This document shows positions 63,130 through 64,000 of a stretch of DNA of 64,000 nucleotides, piece by piece. Location: positions 19,406,001 through 19,470,000 of the forward strand of contig OX597822.1 in the NCBI GenBank assembly GCA_951406725.2, read 5' to 3'. A program made the position numbers and the translations under genes. Below the pieces are notes generated by a model. That model was not told the origin of the DNA. It did not search any database and was given only the letters and a program-made list of their open reading frames with translations. Source of the DNA: Octopus vulgaris. Taxonomy: Eukaryota. The number at the start of each line of letters is the position of its first letter. Position 1 is the stretch's first letter.

Positions 63130-63620
63130 TGACAACTCTACATTGCCATCATCTAAACCTATTCAATTAAAATTTTTCTTCTAATCACTGAGCTCCTTAC
63201 TCTCACTTTGTTGACATTATCTTGGTTCATGGCTTGTACAGTTCTCACAAGTCATTTTAGCTACACCCAGTTTTCTTAACAAACACAGACTACACAGTGT
63301 GGTGCTTCATCAAAAGCCTCCAAATCAACAAATTCTATGTATAGTAGTTTACTCTTAGCTAACAATTTCTTCTGTAGCTATCTTACAAGACAGAGAACTC
63401 AGTAGTACTCCATTCTGACATAAATCCAAACTGTAACTCATCTAAAACAATTCTATTCATAATCAGTTGTGTTATAATCATTTTCTGCTGTTGTCATAAG
63501 CCAATTAATTATATTAAAGTATTATACTTTAGTAGTTATTTATTTCAAGAGCAACTCCTTTGTTCCTTGAATCAGTTGGTGATAATACTGCCATAGTGTG
63601 CAACACTTCTTTTATTACCT
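63130..63620 (-). mobile_element. Decayed RTE-clade reverse transcriptase fragment
   Basis: LDELQFGFMSEWSTT...LQKKLLAKSKLLYIEFVDLEAFD...LVRTVQAM resembles RTE QFGF...FVDLEKAFD. Confidence 0.8.
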
Positions 63621-64000
63621 AATTGACTAGAAGGAAGGCACATGGAGTAATGGTTAGGATATTCAGCTCGTCACCTTATGAGCATGAGTTTGTAAGGCAC
63701 TTTATTTCACATTGCTCCAATCCACTCAGCTGGCAAATATGAGTAGTACCTGTATTTCAAAGGCTCAGCCTTATCACATTCTCTGTCATGCTGAATCTCC
63801 TTGAGAACGACTTTAAGGGTACATAAGTCTGTGGAGTGCTCAGCCACTTGCACATTAATTTCACAAGCAGGCTGGTCCATTGATCAGATCAAATGGATCT
63901 CTCGTCATAACTGACAGAATGCCATTTTAATTAACCTAATTGAAATGACTAGTGCATGTCTTACATTATCAGATATTTTTCAATGTCTCAGTGACTATTC

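Overview
AT-rich, repeat-dense eukaryotic genomic DNA. The SINE families, (TA)n/(CA)n microsatellites and RTE relics resemble those of coleoid cephalopods (probably Octopus); this is my inference. One host protein-coding gene is recognisable: the 5' part of an Shc (PTB-SH2 adaptor) gene on the + strand. Four small coding exons at 50157-50306, 52181-52251, 54743-54803 and 62535-62654 splice in frame into the N-terminal PTB domain, and the gene continues past the window. Its non-coding first exon and promoter probably lie upstream, possibly in the CpG-retaining unique region at about 17-21.9 kb. The rest is mostly transposable elements: a young 5'-truncated CR1-clade LINE with a single nonsense codon (43740-46164), mariner, hAT and Chapaev-like transposase relics, RTE and Dong/R4 LINE fragments, non-autonomous Helitrons, piggyBac-type MITEs and many tRNA-derived SINEs. 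The most striking signal absent from the ORF track is a set of at least eight type I hammerhead ribozyme (HHR) motifs on both strands. They have palindromic helix III, as in dimer-cleaving Penelope-type HHRs. Several carry an unusually long (about 60-105 nt) helix II insert, and several sit in inverted-repeat structures or next to GIY-YIG relics. Coordinates were counted by eye and may be off by a few bases.
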